Assembly: GCA_038245295.1 (NCBI GenBank)
Contig: JBBRSP010000004.1
Span: 64,001-128,000 of the forward strand
Direction: 5' to 3'
Length of the DNA: 64,000 nucleotides
Source: Candidatus Binatia bacterium
GTDB lineage: Bacteria; Desulfobacterota; Binatia; HRBIN30
Positions 23,503 to 33,824 of the stretch are shown here, one piece after another. How positions within the stretch are numbered: position 1 is the first letter of the stretch; every line of letters begins with the position of its first letter. Position numbers and translations under genes: made by a program. Below the pieces are notes generated by a model. The model saw only the letters and a list, made by a program, of their open reading frames with translations, made no database searches and had not been told where the DNA came from.

Positions 23503-24258
23503 TCAGTTCGGCTTGTGCGCTTTGAGGCGCAGGCGGACATAGTCGGCGGTCCACTGTCCATCGGCATCACACAGCTGCGGCCGCAGTGCCTCGCGTACTT
23601 CCGCCAGGAACGCGGCACGCTGCGCTTCGGGAATGGCTTTCGTAAACGGCTGCGCGAAGGTTTCGAGCCAGCCCGTAACATCACCGGGGAGCGGAGTCGG
23701 CCGCGGGATGATGGCAATCCAGTCGACCACAAAGCCTCGTGCTTGGAGCCGCGGGCCGTACTCGACGGCATCGGGAAAGTACCACGGATCGACACTCGAT
23801 GGATCAACCGAGCGCGCCCGAAGGCGATCGTGCAGAGCCCTGCGAATCCGCTCGACGCAGCCCACGCCACCGAACTCGGCGACGAAACGGGCGCCCGGCT
23901 TGAGGGCGCGCCAAACACCGTCGATGACCGCATCGGCGTTCTTCATCCAATGCAACGCGGCATTGCTGAACACCGCGTCGAACTCTGCATCGAAGTGGAG
24001 AGCCTGCCCATCTAAAACACGCGCATCAAGACCGAGCGCAGACGCAGCCTCAATCTGCGCCGCGCTGCCATCGACGCCAACGACCTGGCAGCCGAGATCA
24101 ACCAGCGTCTTGGTCAACGCACCGTCGCCGCAACCAACATCGAGGATGCGCTCGCCAGGTTGCGGCGCCAGCAGCTCCACCACCGGCATGCCCAGATCGG
24201 AAACAAAACGCGCGTGACGCGCATACCCTTGCGGATCCCAGGTCTGTGTCGACGACAT
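23503..24258 (-). CDS. Class I SAM-dependent methyltransferase (Tam-like)
   Basis: ILDVGCGDG, FDAVFSNAALHW, ADYVRLR. Confidence 0.9.
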   Translation of the reverse strand: MSSTQTWDPQGYARHARFVSDLGMPVVELLAPQPGERILDVGCGDGALTKTLVDLGCQVVGVDGSAAQIEAASALGLDARVLDGQALHFDAEFDAVFSNAALHWMKNADAVIDGVWRALKPGARFVAEFGGVGCVERIRRALHDRLRARSVDPSSVDPWYFPDAVEYGPRLQARGFVVDWIAIIPRPTPLPGDVTGWLETFAQPFTKAIPEAQRAAFLAEVREALRPQLCDADGQWTADYVRLRLKAHKPN

Positions 24259-24411
24259 GCGGCGCAACCTACTCTACGCGGTTTACGTCACGCCAGCGCT
24301 TCGTCTCTACGAACGTGCCTTGGTCTGGACCCGACTCGGATGGCGCGGGGTTTGGCTTGAGCAGGCACGGATACGCAGGCGGGCACGGTGAGAGGAGATT
24401 CCCGTCAGTGG

Positions 24412-24831
24412 CTACCACACTCCCGTGTTCGGCAACGATAGCCACGGTTCCTGCGCTGGTAGAGCTTCTCCGGATTGCAGGAGCTCGATCGAGATATTGT
24501 CAGGGGAGCGGACGAACGCCATACGACCGTCGCGGGGTGGCCGGTTGATCGTCACGCCGGCATCCTTGAGACGTTGGCATACGGCGTAGATGTCATCCAC
24601 CGCGTAGGCCAGATGACCAAAGTTGCGCCCCCCGCCGTACGGCTCGGGATCCCAATTGTAGGTGAGCTCGACCTGAGCCGAATCGTCACCCGGCGCAGCC
24701 AAGAACACCAGCGTGAAACGCCCCGCCGGCACCTCGTGCCGGCGCAGCTCGTGCAACCCCAGCTTGTTGCAATAGAAGTCGAGCGACTCGTCGAGATTGG
24801 TGACCCGCACCATCGTATGCAAATACTTCAC
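24412..24831 (-). CDS. gloA: Lactoylglutathione lyase (glyoxalase I)
   Basis: [27 protein letters not shown]. Confidence 0.88.
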   Translation of the reverse strand: MKYLHTMVRVTNLDESLDFYCNKLGLHELRRHEVPAGRFTLVFLAAPGDDSAQVELTYNWDPEPYGGGRNFGHLAYAVDDIYAVCQRLKDAGVTINRPPRDGRMAFVRSPDNISIELLQSGEALPAQEPWLSLPNTGVW

Positions 24832-24891
24832 GCCACTGTCCTTGCCGTCGTTGCAGTCCCTGCAGTCCTCATCGCACGCCGAAGATCGCGA

Positions 24892-25569
24892 TCACTCGTG
24901 ACAAAGGAAGCCGCCGCCATTCTTGATCTGGCAAACAAACCGCTCCCACGCCCCATCATCGCCGATCTGTAGGCAGATGTGCTGAGCGCCGTTGAAGAGG
25001 TCGGGCGGAATCACCAGGTCAGTCGGATTATTGAACTGGAAGCCGAACGAATAACCGCCAGGGATGCCTTGCACCGAAACAGTTCCCTGGCTCGTGTTGG
25101 CGACGTAGCCAGCGCCCGTCGAAGCAAAATGGAGGTCGGTCATCTCAATCATCAGACCACCGCGCATGTCGAGCAACGACAGCGAGCCGGTCTCATTGGC
25201 GAAGTCGATGCCGTTGCTGTCACTCGGCAGGCGCCAAGTGCCGTCGCCGCGCAAAGTGCGATCAATTCCCGGATACGCGTAGTAGATATGCCCCAGGCGC
25301 GTATCGCCGGCATGCGGCGGAATCGCTCGGCAGCCTGTCGATACCGGAATGGTCGGCGTCGCCGTCGCCGTGGCTGCGGGAGCCGGCGGTGTTGGTGTCG
25401 GCGTGACCACGGCGAGCGTGGGTGTGCCGCGGCCCGGGCGCGGGCGTCGCGTCGGCCGCATACGCGCCGTCGGACGCGGCGGTCGTTCGACAGCCGCTGC
25501 GAGATCGGCGGTGAGAAACGACAAACCAAGCGCAACAAGAACCAGCGCAACGCGCATCGATACCTTCAT
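24892..25569 (-). CDS. Secreted hypothetical protein with Arg/Pro/Thr linker and Cys-containing C-terminal domain
   Basis: Signal peptide, SD GGAGG, PT linker. Confidence 0.65.
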   Translation of the reverse strand: MKVSMRVALVLVALGLSFLTADLAAAVERPPRPTARMRPTRRPRPGRGTPTLAVVTPTPTPPAPAATATATPTIPVSTGCRAIPPHAGDTRLGHIYYAYPGIDRTLRGDGTWRLPSDSNGIDFANETGSLSLLDMRGGLMIEMTDLHFASTGAGYVANTSQGTVSVQGIPGGYSFGFQFNNPTDLVIPPDLFNGAQHICLQIGDDGAWERFVCQIKNGGGFLCHE

Positions 25570-25636
25570 GGTCGGAACCTCCTGGAGCGGCTGGAAAGTA
25601 TGCGCCCCGCCGGCCTAAGGCAAGAGCAAGATCCGC

Positions 25637-25987
25637 CTACCGCTTCTCGGTACTCTGGATGATCTCGTGAATCTCGAGGGCGTTCGGACCGGCAAACATC
25701 TCCGCCGGCGGGCGGTTGCTGTGGGCAGCGCGAAACGACTCGCTACGCGTCCAATCCCAAAACGCCTGCTCCGACTCCCAGTAAGTCTGAACCAGGTAGT
25801 AGCCCTGCTCCTTCGACTCTTCCCACTGGCCGGTCTGATGGCTGAAGCGCCGCTGCACCGGACGCAACACCAGATTCTTGATGAAGCCGGGCGACTGATC
25901 GATGAGGTGAGCGCGGTTCTTGAAACGATTCTCGAAGTCGTCCTCGTGGCCCTTGGCGACGGGGATCCGGTTGGTGACGACGAACAT
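25637..25987 (-). CDS. ABM-family monooxygenase (IsdG/MhuD/HmoB heme-degrading type)
   Basis: MFVVTNRI (conserved Asn), WESEQAF..W..S.SF.AAH; SD AAGGAG. Confidence 0.8.
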   Translation of the reverse strand: MFVVTNRIPVAKGHEDDFENRFKNRAHLIDQSPGFIKNLVLRPVQRRFSHQTGQWEESKEQGYYLVQTYWESEQAFWDWTRSESFRAAHSNRPPAEMFAGPNALEIHEIIQSTEKR

Positions 25988-26048
25988 GTGTCGCTCCTTT
26001 GTCAGGCGGGGCTCGGGCAACCGATCTCCATAGAGTGTGGGACCCGGA

Positions 26049-26124
26049 GCCTCAGCCTGTGCCCTTGCCTACGCCTGCCTCAGCCACATTCAGGCTGGGG
26101 CAACGGCATAGGCTGAGGCTGAGG
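26049..26124. repeat. Inverted degenerate 6-mer repeat hairpin (GCCTCA/TGAGGC) just 3' of tRNA-Leu
   Basis: GCCTCAGCCTGTGCCCTTGCC...GGCATAGGCTGAGGCTGAGG. Confidence 0.65.
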
Positions 26125-26126
26125 AA

Positions 26127-26209
26127 TGCGAAAGGGGGGACTTGAACCCCCACAGGTGTTACCCCACAGGATCCTGAATCCTGCGCGTCTGCCATTCCGC
26201 CACTTTCGC
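26127..26209 (-). tRNA. tRNA-Leu(CAG), CCA not encoded
   Basis: GCGAAAG acceptor stem, CAGGA-TTCAGGA-TCCTG anticodon arm, long variable arm, GTTCAAG T-loop. Confidence 0.97.
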
Positions 26210-26296
26210 GTGCGGCGCGGCACTTAGCGTGTTCGTTTACGCCGGACAATGGGTTGTTCTTGTATGCCGTTGATCAGCCGTGGTAGCCCTGCCCGC

Positions 26297-28588
26297 ATGC
26301 TCCGAAGAGTAGGCGTGGTGCTCGTTGCGCTCCTATGGGTGCGTGCGGCGTCGGCCGTCAATTGCACAGCCGCTGCTCCATTCAACACCTGCATCACGGG
26401 TGGTGGCCCACGCGTAACCGACTGTTCCCTGGAATGGCACTCTGCGGTTGTCCCGGCGCTAACCGGACGTGGCGAACCAAAAAACCTGGTGCTGTGTTAC
26501 GAAGGCGATAGGCGCTGCGACAGCGACGACGATCTGTCGAACAAGACGTGCAGCATTCGCCTGCGCTTGTGCGCCAACAACACCGACGCCCGGCTCCTCA
26601 CCTGCACCGCCAGCGACATCAGCAGCCTCGAAGTAAAGAAACCCAATCCGAATCGTCTGCGCGACGCGCTCGAGACCGCCAATCTGGCGCAGCTCGAATC
26701 GCAAGCCGAGACGCAGTTCGGCATATCCATCGTGCGCGGCACAACCACCATGTTCACAGGTGCGCCGTTCGCCGGCCTCAACACCTGCTCGACGCCGATC
26801 GACATCCAACTCGCGCTGCGCGAGCTACGCAGCGGCACCATCAAGAAGGGACATACAAAACTCAAGGTACGCGCCGTCACGTCGGTCGGCACGAACGATA
26901 CCGACAGCCTGCGCCTCGAATGCCGCCCCAGCACCTGCGGTAATGGGATCGTCGAGCTCGATCACGAGTCTTGCGACGACTCGAACCGCATCAATGGCGA
27001 CGGTTGTGACCAGGGCTGCCAGAACGAAGCATTCACCCCGACTCCGTCGCCCTCCGCCACAGCGACGCGCACGGAAACGGCGACCTTCACGGCGACCACG
27101 ACGCCCAGCACCACACCGACGCCGACACCAACCGCTACGGAGACAAAAACACCAACGCCGACTTCGACCCGTACGGAAACCCCGACCCGTAGCGCCTCTC
27201 CAACACGCACGCCGAGCAACACCCAGACGCCGTCGAAGACACGAACCCCGACGCACACGGCAACACCGACGTTGTCGCCCTCGCTGACCGCGACCGAATC
27301 ACCAACCGACACGCCGGAGCCGACACTCAGCGCCACGCCATCGCGGACGAGCTCGCCGACGCGGACCAATACGCCGCTGCCCACCAACACGCCCCTACCA
27401 ACCTTCACAGCCTCACCCACCGATACGCCGACGGCAACGCCGAGTCACACGTCGACGCCATCCATCACGCCAACGCCGACAATCACACTCACCGCAACGA
27501 TCACGCAGACGAGCACCCCAACGAGCACGGTGACGCCGACCGCGACCCCTGACATTCAGATCAACCTGACCGCCTATCGCCCGAAGAGTGAAGGCTACAG
27601 CAATCCGCTGCCGCGCCTCGCCGTCCCCGAGGCGACCGAGGAGAGCAGTGGCGCCGGATTGCGCGTCAATGGTGATGACGACAACGCCAACAGCATCGCC
27701 GACGTCAACGACGCCTCGGTCAACAACGAGAACGATCTCGTCGAGCTGGTCCTCGACGTGAGCCCGGCCCCGGCAGCGGCGGGCATCGAGTATGTCATCA
27801 AACGTACCAACCCGTTTGTCAAAGTGTGGTCGAGTGCCACCAAGGGCAGTGCCATCCTCGACACCAATGACGAACAGGTGCTGGCCCTGGGCAGCGGCAC
27901 GCAGACCGTATGGATGGAAGCCACCGGCGTCGGCAACGGATTCATCCAACTGATCGCCCGACCGATCGGCGGTGGTGCCACCCTGAAGATCGATCAGGTC
28001 AAGCTCTACACGTTCACCAGCGTGGTCATCGCTCTCGGCGGCGAAAACCAGGTGCCGAGTGATCCTGTCGATCCCAACCACGGCATCTTCGTCATTGCCA
28101 ACAACCTCTACGCGATGGGCTACGACGTGCACATGTACGACGAAGACAATGTCGGCAGTGACGGCTCCGGATCAGTCTACAACGAGGTCGTCAGCGCCAT
28201 CCAAAAGCGCGGCATCGGCATCGTTGCCGTGTACGGCTACAGCCACGGCGGCGGCTCCACACACGACTTGTGTGATCGCCTGAACAACAACCGCGCCTCG
28301 ATCGGCACGTTCACCTTCCCCTATACGGCCTATATCGACGGCATCAAGAACTCGTCCGACATCGACATCACGTCGGAGACTCGCCTACCCCCGGCGACCC
28401 AGTACCACGTCAATTACTACCAGCGGAACGACATCCTCCTGCGCGGCAACTCGGTGCCCGGCTCCGATATCGAGGTCAACGCCGGCGCCCAACCGTGGGG
28501 CACCAGTTTGATGCACACCACGGTTGACGATGCGCCGAATGTACGCAGCGGCATCCAGGATCCGCTGGTTTCCCACGTCGTGCCATGA
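26297..28588 (+). CDS. Secreted modular protein: Cys-rich N-domain, Myxococcus-type Cys repeat (DUF4215-like), TP stalk, Asp-rich domain, C-terminal alpha/beta-hydrolase
   Basis: Signal peptide; CGNG..E.CDD.N..NGDGC...[16 protein letters not shown] nucleophile elbow with later Asp and His. Confidence 0.75.
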   Translation: MLRRVGVVLVALLWVRAASAVNCTAAAPFNTCITGGGPRVTDCSLEWHSAVVPALTGRGEPKNLVLCYEGDRRCDSDDDLSNKTCSIRLRLCANNTDARLLTCTASDISSLEVKKPNPNRLRDALETANLAQLESQAETQFGISIVRGTTTMFTGAPFAGLNTCSTPIDIQLALRELRSGTIKKGHTKLKVRAVTSVGTNDTDSLRLECRPSTCGNGIVELDHESCDDSNRINGDGCDQGCQNEAFTPTPSPSATATRTETATFTATTTPSTTPTPTPTATETKTPTPTSTRTETPTRSASPTRTPSNTQTPSKTRTPTHTATPTLSPSLTATESPTDTPEPTLSATPSRTSSPTRTNTPLPTNTPLPTFTASPTDTPTATPSHTSTPSITPTPTITLTATITQTSTPTSTVTPTATPDIQINLTAYRPKSEGYSNPLPRLAVPEATEESSGAGLRVNGDDDNANSIADVNDASVNNENDLVELVLDVSPAPAAAGIEYVIKRTNPFVKVWSSATKGSAILDTNDEQVLALGSGTQTVWMEATGVGNGFIQLIARPIGGGATLKIDQVKLYTFTSVVIALGGENQVPSDPVDPNHGIFVIANNLYAMGYDVHMYDEDNVGSDGSGSVYNEVVSAIQKRGIGIVAVYGYSHGGGSTHDLCDRLNNNRASIGTFTFPYTAYIDGIKNSSDIDITSETRLPPATQYHVNYYQRNDILLRGNSVPGSDIEVNAGAQPWGTSLMHTTVDDAPNVRSGIQDPLVSHVVP

Positions 28589-28620
28589 GCCCTATGGGTC
28601 GTATAGCTCCTATGAGTCCC

Positions 28621-29010
28621 ATGAAGCTTCGCCCCGCCATCGCCTTGGCGCTGATGGCGTGCTTATCGATCGCTCCAATCTGTGGCGACGATCTCAGCAT
28701 CACCCCCAAGCCCAAGGTGCAAGGCATCCTCGCCGAGCTCACCGCCGCGAAAGATGAGGCACAAGTGCGGAGGGCCCTGGCCAGGCTGACGAGCGCTGCC
28801 GATCGCCCGACGATCATCGTGCAACTCGTCTACGCCCTGATGAACACACACGGCGATCGCGACGCGATGATTCCCGGCGTGGTTGTCGATCGACTGGCTA
28901 TTACGCCCGCGGAGCTCCATTCCACGCTCGAGCCCTATCGCCAAAGTCCCGACCCGAAGGTGCGCGCCCAGATTGAGAATCTGCTCGGCAAAGATATCGC
29001 ACCGAAGTAG
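28621..29010 (+). CDS. Small exported helical (HEAT-like) protein; alternative start at 28585
   Basis: Signal-peptide-like N-terminus; the 28585 start overlaps the hydrolase stop (ATGA); SPDPKVRAQI HEAT-like segment. Confidence 0.6.
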   Translation: MKLRPAIALALMACLSIAPICGDDLSITPKPKVQGILAELTAAKDEAQVRRALARLTSAADRPTIIVQLVYALMNTHGDRDAMIPGVVVDRLAITPAELHSTLEPYRQSPDPKVRAQIENLLGKDIAPK

Positions 29011-29043
29011 CGCGACGACAGGCATCGGTGTTAGGTCGCGCCG

Positions 29044-29637
29044 ATGCCCACTCTGCTCCAGCGACTGTGCGTGTTCTGCGGTTCCAGCCCGGGAAGCGAT
29101 CCCGCCTTCGCCGAAGCGGCGCGATCTCTCGGCGGTCTGCTGGCGACAAACCACATCGAGCTCGTATATGGCGGCGGTAAGGTCGGATTGATGGGAATCC
29201 TGGCCGATGCGGTGTTGGCCCGCGGCGGACACGTGATCGGCGTCATCCCGAAAGCCTTGGTGGATCTCGAAGTCGGCCATACCGGCCTGCCCGATCTGCG
29301 CATCGTCGATTCGATGCATGAACGCAAAGCTTTAATGGCCGACCTCGCGGATGGGTTCGTCGCCTTACCCGGCGGTATCGGCACTCTCGAGGAATTCTTC
29401 GAAGTACTCACGTGGGCGCAACTCGGCTTCCACGCCAAGCCCTGTGGTCTGCTCGACGTCGGCGATTTCTACGCCGGCCTACTGCGCTTCCTCGATCACG
29501 CCGTCGAGCAGAGATTCTTGCGTCCCCAACACCGCAATCTGGTGATCACCGCCAATGCTCCACTGCCATTGCTCACGGCGATGCAATTGTTCTCCGCCCC
29601 GCCCCTCGACAAGTGGATCGATCGCCAAGAGCGGTAG
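29044..29637 (+). CDS. LOG family nucleotide 5'-monophosphate nucleosidase (TIGR00730)
   Basis: CVFCGSS, LVYGGG, MHERK, PGGIGTLEE. Confidence 0.93.
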   Translation: MPTLLQRLCVFCGSSPGSDPAFAEAARSLGGLLATNHIELVYGGGKVGLMGILADAVLARGGHVIGVIPKALVDLEVGHTGLPDLRIVDSMHERKALMADLADGFVALPGGIGTLEEFFEVLTWAQLGFHAKPCGLLDVGDFYAGLLRFLDHAVEQRFLRPQHRNLVITANAPLPLLTAMQLFSAPPLDKWIDRQER

Positions 29638-29652
29638 GCGCACTGCCGCCGC

Positions 29653-30510
29653 TCAGCGACGTAGCGACGCGAGTAATGCCCGCAGGAACGCGCGGCGATC
29701 CTGCGGCGCAACTTCATCGTAGCCCAGACGCTGACGCAAGGCACCGACGGCCTGTTCGAGAACAGTACTCGCCACCTCGGACGGCAGCTCTTCGACGCGT
29801 CGCAACGTCTGGCGAATGAGCGCCTGCTCAGCCTCCCCGATACGCGCCAACTGAGCTCGGTCGAAGCGAAATGCTGTCGCATCGACGTCGACCGTCTCTT
29901 CCAACGGCGGAGCCGCCTCCGGCGTCTCGAGCCGGATGACGATCGTTCCCGCCGCCAGGTCACCGAGTCGCTTGCCATCGGGCAGCGTCAGCATCGCCAG
30001 CAAACCAACGAAGTAGGAGGTCGGCAACACATCCACGATGCGCAAGCCGTTGCGCACCAGAGACTCTTGCCATGTCAGCGGCAAACCACCGTCGGCGACC
30101 ACCTGCAGCTTGACCAACCGCTTGCCGAGCGAGCGACCGCCGCCGAAAATGTCCCAGAGCATGAAGTACACAAGCTCCGCGAAGAATTGCAGAATCAAAA
30201 GCAGGACAATCAAGAGGACGAAGATCCCGGCGCTACCCTGCAAAGCATCCTGAACGGCATCCTCGCCACGACCCAAACTCGCCAGCACCGGCTCCAACCA
30301 CTGGGCGAGTTGGTGCAAAATCGGCGTTCCCGCCAGGACGACGATACCGACGACGATCTCAATCGTGACAATGAATGCCGCATCGATGGCATAGGCCAGC
30401 ATGCGGCTCGTCGGACCGGCGAGCGGCAGACGCAAGGCGATGTGGTCGGCGGAGTGGACGACTTGATCGGTTGTGTCAGTGTCGTAGTGTGATTGAGTTG
30501 ACGACGGCAT
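29653..30510 (-). CDS. RDD family membrane protein
   Basis: LAG..SRMLAYAID, G.SLGK, RN.LR.VD, KRLGDLAAGT; SD GGGAG. Confidence 0.9.
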   Translation of the reverse strand: MPSSTQSHYDTDTTDQVVHSADHIALRLPLAGPTSRMLAYAIDAAFIVTIEIVVGIVVLAGTPILHQLAQWLEPVLASLGRGEDAVQDALQGSAGIFVLLIVLLLILQFFAELVYFMLWDIFGGGRSLGKRLVKLQVVADGGLPLTWQESLVRNGLRIVDVLPTSYFVGLLAMLTLPDGKRLGDLAAGTIVIRLETPEAAPPLEETVDVDATAFRFDRAQLARIGEAEQALIRQTLRRVEELPSEVASTVLEQAVGALRQRLGYDEVAPQDRRAFLRALLASLRR

Positions 30511-31559
30511 CATCAAACTCCCGGTTGAGTCGCGAGGACCTGGCACGGTTCGAGGCAGTTCTCGACGCCGCCGAACAGTGGCGAGGCCGTGCCCTTCCCT
30601 TTGAAGAAGCGCGCCACCTGGGTCGTCTCTATCGGACTCACGCCGCCGAGCTTGCTCGCATGCGGCAGCGCAACGACGATCCGTATGCCCTGCGTTATCG
30701 TAACGCGCTGTGTGTCCGCGCTCACAGCTTGCTGATCGCCGCGGCGCCGGACACACGACCGACGCGCCACATGCTTGCCGATGCAGCGCGCTGGCCGGCG
30801 CTGATCTGGCCGGCGATCGTTCTCTCGTTCACGTTGCTGCTTCTCGGTATCGTCATTGGCGACGTCATTGCTACTCGCAACCCGGAGGCACTTGCCGTCT
30901 TCGTACCGGCTGAACTGGGATACACGGGTGTGTCCCTCGACCATCTCGTCAGCTCTCCCGAAGCGCGCGCCGAGTTTTTGAAACATGAGTCTTCCCCAAC
31001 CGGAATGAAAGCTCTCTTTGGATCATTCCTTTTCATGCATAACACGCGCATCGGCATGTTGTCGCTCGCCACCGGCATGCTCGGAGCCATCCCCACGGTT
31101 CTGCTGCAACTCTACAACGGCATCATGCTCGGCGCCTTTGCCTCCATTTTTCTGCGTGACCCGTGGCCAATCTCTTTCTTCGCCTGGATCCTGCCGCATG
31201 GCATCCCCGAGATGTCCGCCATCGCCTTGTGTGCTGCGGCTGGACTGCTTCTCGGCCGCGCCGTCGTCGCACCGGGCAACCTCGGCGTGCGCGCCGCGCT
31301 CGCCGGGGTGATCAATCCGGCGATCGCCCTGGCCGGATTGTCGCTACCCCTGTTTGCCGTTGCCGCGATCATCGAAGGATTCATCCGCCAATCGGCCCTC
31401 GGCAACACCCCTCGCCTCGTCATCGCCGCCGGCGGCCTGGGACTCGTCGCCTTCGTCCTCATTAAGCTACACCGGGCGGCCGAGCGATCCGACGTCGACA
31501 CGAGTTGGCTGCACATGCTCACCACTCCGGTCCGAAGCGAATCGCGAGATACCGATTGA
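30498..31559 (+). CDS. SpoIIM-family membrane protein
   Basis: LYR..A..LA, HNTRI, YNGIMLGA, WILPHGIPE, AAIIEGF; start codon uncertain (30489-30525). Confidence 0.88.
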   Translation: MTTASSNSRLSREDLARFEAVLDAAEQWRGRALPFEEARHLGRLYRTHAAELARMRQRNDDPYALRYRNALCVRAHSLLIAAAPDTRPTRHMLADAARWPALIWPAIVLSFTLLLLGIVIGDVIATRNPEALAVFVPAELGYTGVSLDHLVSSPEARAEFLKHESSPTGMKALFGSFLFMHNTRIGMLSLATGMLGAIPTVLLQLYNGIMLGAFASIFLRDPWPISFFAWILPHGIPEMSAIALCAAAGLLLGRAVVAPGNLGVRAALAGVINPAIALAGLSLPLFAVAAIIEGFIRQSALGNTPRLVIAAGGLGLVAFVLIKLHRAAERSDVDTSWLHMLTTPVRSESRDTD

Positions 31560-32868
31560 GAACTTCGGCACGCACCGCCTCCGGCACGAGATCGAGCGTC
31601 TGCACCCCCGCTTGCCGCAAACTTGCCAAGGCCACTTCCCGATCGTTCAGCAGATCGTTGAGCACGATACGCCGGTAGACACCGCCGACATCGGAATCGA
31701 CCGGCAGTCGCCCAACCTCTCCTTGGGCGCGCCGCGCCCCGCTGTCGACTTCGTCGTACAAACGATCGCGTATCGCGACCAGCAACACACGATGCCGACG
31801 TGCCAGCGCGGCCAGAGGACCGGCCAGTGCCGAGCTTGCGGCCTCGACGAAGTCGGTCAGGATGATCACCAGCGCGCGCTGCCTCTGGTGCGCCGTTAGG
31901 TTCTGCACCAGGCCACGATAGTTGGCCTCGACCAGACGCGGCTGCAACGGCCGCAGGAGATCGACGAAACGACCGAACGAGCCGCGCTGCGCGGGCGGCG
32001 CCAGGAGGCCGCGCATCTGGTCGTCGAAGACGGCCATGCCGACGCGATCCGCAGAAACCAACGAAGCGTGCGCCAACGCGAGGGCGGCATCGATCGCGTA
32101 GTCGAGCTTGGTGTGGTCGCCGACACGCCCGGCCATCAATCGGCTCGAGTCGACGGCAATCAGCACGACGTGGTTGCGTTCGTGTTGAAACAGTTTGGTG
32201 ATCGGGCGGCCGCGCCGCGCACTCGCCGCCCAATCGACTCGCCGTGGGTCATCGCCGGGAACGTAGTCGCGCAGCGACTCGAACTCGAAGCCGTCACCGC
32301 GCTGCGGCGCCGGCTTGGCGCCGAGGGACTGGAAGATTTTGTGCGGCTCGAGCGACGCGCCGCGCAAGTAACTCGCGGTGTCGGGATAGACCCGCAAGAC
32401 TTCTCCTGGCGCGACAGACAACCGTCGCCGCCAAAGGTGCAAGGGCGACTCGACCCACACCCACAACGTCCCGAGGGCCCGATCACCGCGCGCCGTTGGG
32501 CGCACGTGATAACGAACGATGGTGGACGCACCGGCCTCGACAGCAACGACACGTTGCGGATCGGTGACCAGCAAGTCATGAGGAACCTCGTCGAGAAGCT
32601 CCGCACGGATGCGCCGATCCGTCGGGTTCGACACGACGACTTCGATGGTCGTCACACGTGTGAGGAAGGCGCGTTCCGGGAGTCGCCGCCGCACCTGCAG
32701 CGCACCTTCGCTGAGCGCCAGCCACAGATCGACACTACAAAGGCCTGCAAAGCCGAGCCACGCCAGCAGCAGCAGCACCCATGTCGCCGGAACGACCACC
32801 ACGACGAGCGCCGCGGCCACCAGGACGGCGCTACCGTACAGTAGACGTAGAGAGGGGAAGACCGTCAT
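31519..32868 (-). CDS. DUF58 domain protein
   Basis: G.EFESLRDYVPGDD.RRVDW.ASAR, D.SRLM, TDF; ATGA overlap with MoxR. Confidence 0.92.
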   Translation of the reverse strand: MTVFPSLRLLYGSAVLVAAALVVVVVPATWVLLLLAWLGFAGLCSVDLWLALSEGALQVRRRLPERAFLTRVTTIEVVVSNPTDRRIRAELLDEVPHDLLVTDPQRVVAVEAGASTIVRYHVRPTARGDRALGTLWVWVESPLHLWRRRLSVAPGEVLRVYPDTASYLRGASLEPHKIFQSLGAKPAPQRGDGFEFESLRDYVPGDDPRRVDWAASARRGRPITKLFQHERNHVVLIAVDSSRLMAGRVGDHTKLDYAIDAALALAHASLVSADRVGMAVFDDQMRGLLAPPAQRGSFGRFVDLLRPLQPRLVEANYRGLVQNLTAHQRQRALVIILTDFVEAASSALAGPLAALARRHRVLLVAIRDRLYDEVDSGARRAQGEVGRLPVDSDVGGVYRRIVLNDLLNDREVALASLRQAGVQTLDLVPEAVRAEVLNRYLAIRFGPEW

Positions 32869-33824
32869 CGCGGTACGGCGATACCTCGCAGCACGTGGCG
32901 CAACGCTTCGTCGACGTGCATACCTTCCACCTCGGCGCTGGCATCGAGGCGGACACGATGGCGCAGTGTCGCCAACCACATCTCCTGCACGTCTTCCGGG
33001 AGCACGTAGTCGCGTCCCTCCAAGGCGGCATTGGCCTTGGCAGCCCGCAACAACCACACACCGGCGCGCGGCGAAGCGCCGAGCACGAAGTTCGCGTCAC
33101 TGCGGGTGCTGCGGATGAGCGCGTTCACGTAGTCGAGAATCCCGTCGCGGACGATCACCTGATCCACCAACTGGCGCGTCTGCCGCAGTAAACTCGTATC
33201 GAGCACCGCCTCGACCAACTCCGCCGGCGGCGCATCAACATGATGGCGCAGCAGGATGGCTCGTTCCTCCTTCTCGCTCGGGTAGTCGACGACGATCTTG
33301 AACAGGAAGCGGTCGAGTTGTGCTTCGGGCAGCGGGTAGGTTCCCTCGTGCTCAATGGGGTTCTGCGTCGCAAACACGACGAAGTTTTCGCCGAGATCGT
33401 GGCGTGTGCCGTCGACCGTTGCGGAGCGTTCTTGCATCGCTTCGAGAAGGGCGGCCTGTGTCTTCGCCGAGGCGCGGTTGATCTCGTCGGCCAGCAGCAA
33501 GTCCGTGAACAACGGGCCCGGACGAAAACGTACCTGCGCCTCGCGCGAGTCGAAGATTGACGTGCCGATGATATCGCTGGGCATCAAGTCGGGCGTAAAT
33601 TGGACGCGACCAAAACGCAGGTCCAGCGCGCGGGCCAAGGTTTTAACCAGCAAAGTCTTGGCGACACCCGGCACACCTTCGATCAAGCTATGCCCGCCAC
33701 ACAGCAGCGTCAGGCATACCTGTCGCAACACCTCCTCCTGACCAACCACAACTTCACCTACACGTTGGCGCAGTCGTTGAAACGACTGCCCGATCAGCGT
33801 CATGTCTGCTACTTGCTCACTCAT
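32865..33824 (-). CDS. moxR: MoxR-family AAA+ ATPase
   Basis: EGVPGVAKT, QFTPDLMPSD, DEINR, ATQNPIE.EGTYPLPEAQLDRF. Confidence 0.95.
   Translation of the reverse strand: MSEQVADMTLIGQSFQRLRQRVGEVVVGQEEVLRQVCLTLLCGGHSLIEGVPGVAKTLLVKTLARALDLRFGRVQFTPDLMPSDIIGTSIFDSREAQVRFRPGPLFTDLLLADEINRASAKTQAALLEAMQERSATVDGTRHDLGENFVVFATQNPIEHEGTYPLPEAQLDRFLFKIVVDYPSEKEERAILLRHHVDAPPAELVEAVLDTSLLRQTRQLVDQVIVRDGILDYVNALIRSTRSDANFVLGASPRAGVWLLRAAKANAALEGRDYVLPEDVQEMWLATLRHRVRLDASAEVEGMHVDEALRHVLRGIAVPR

Noticed and set aside
26052..26249. Small ORF across the tRNA-Leu region (also ORFs at 63059-63486)
   Set aside because: These are translations of tRNA genes
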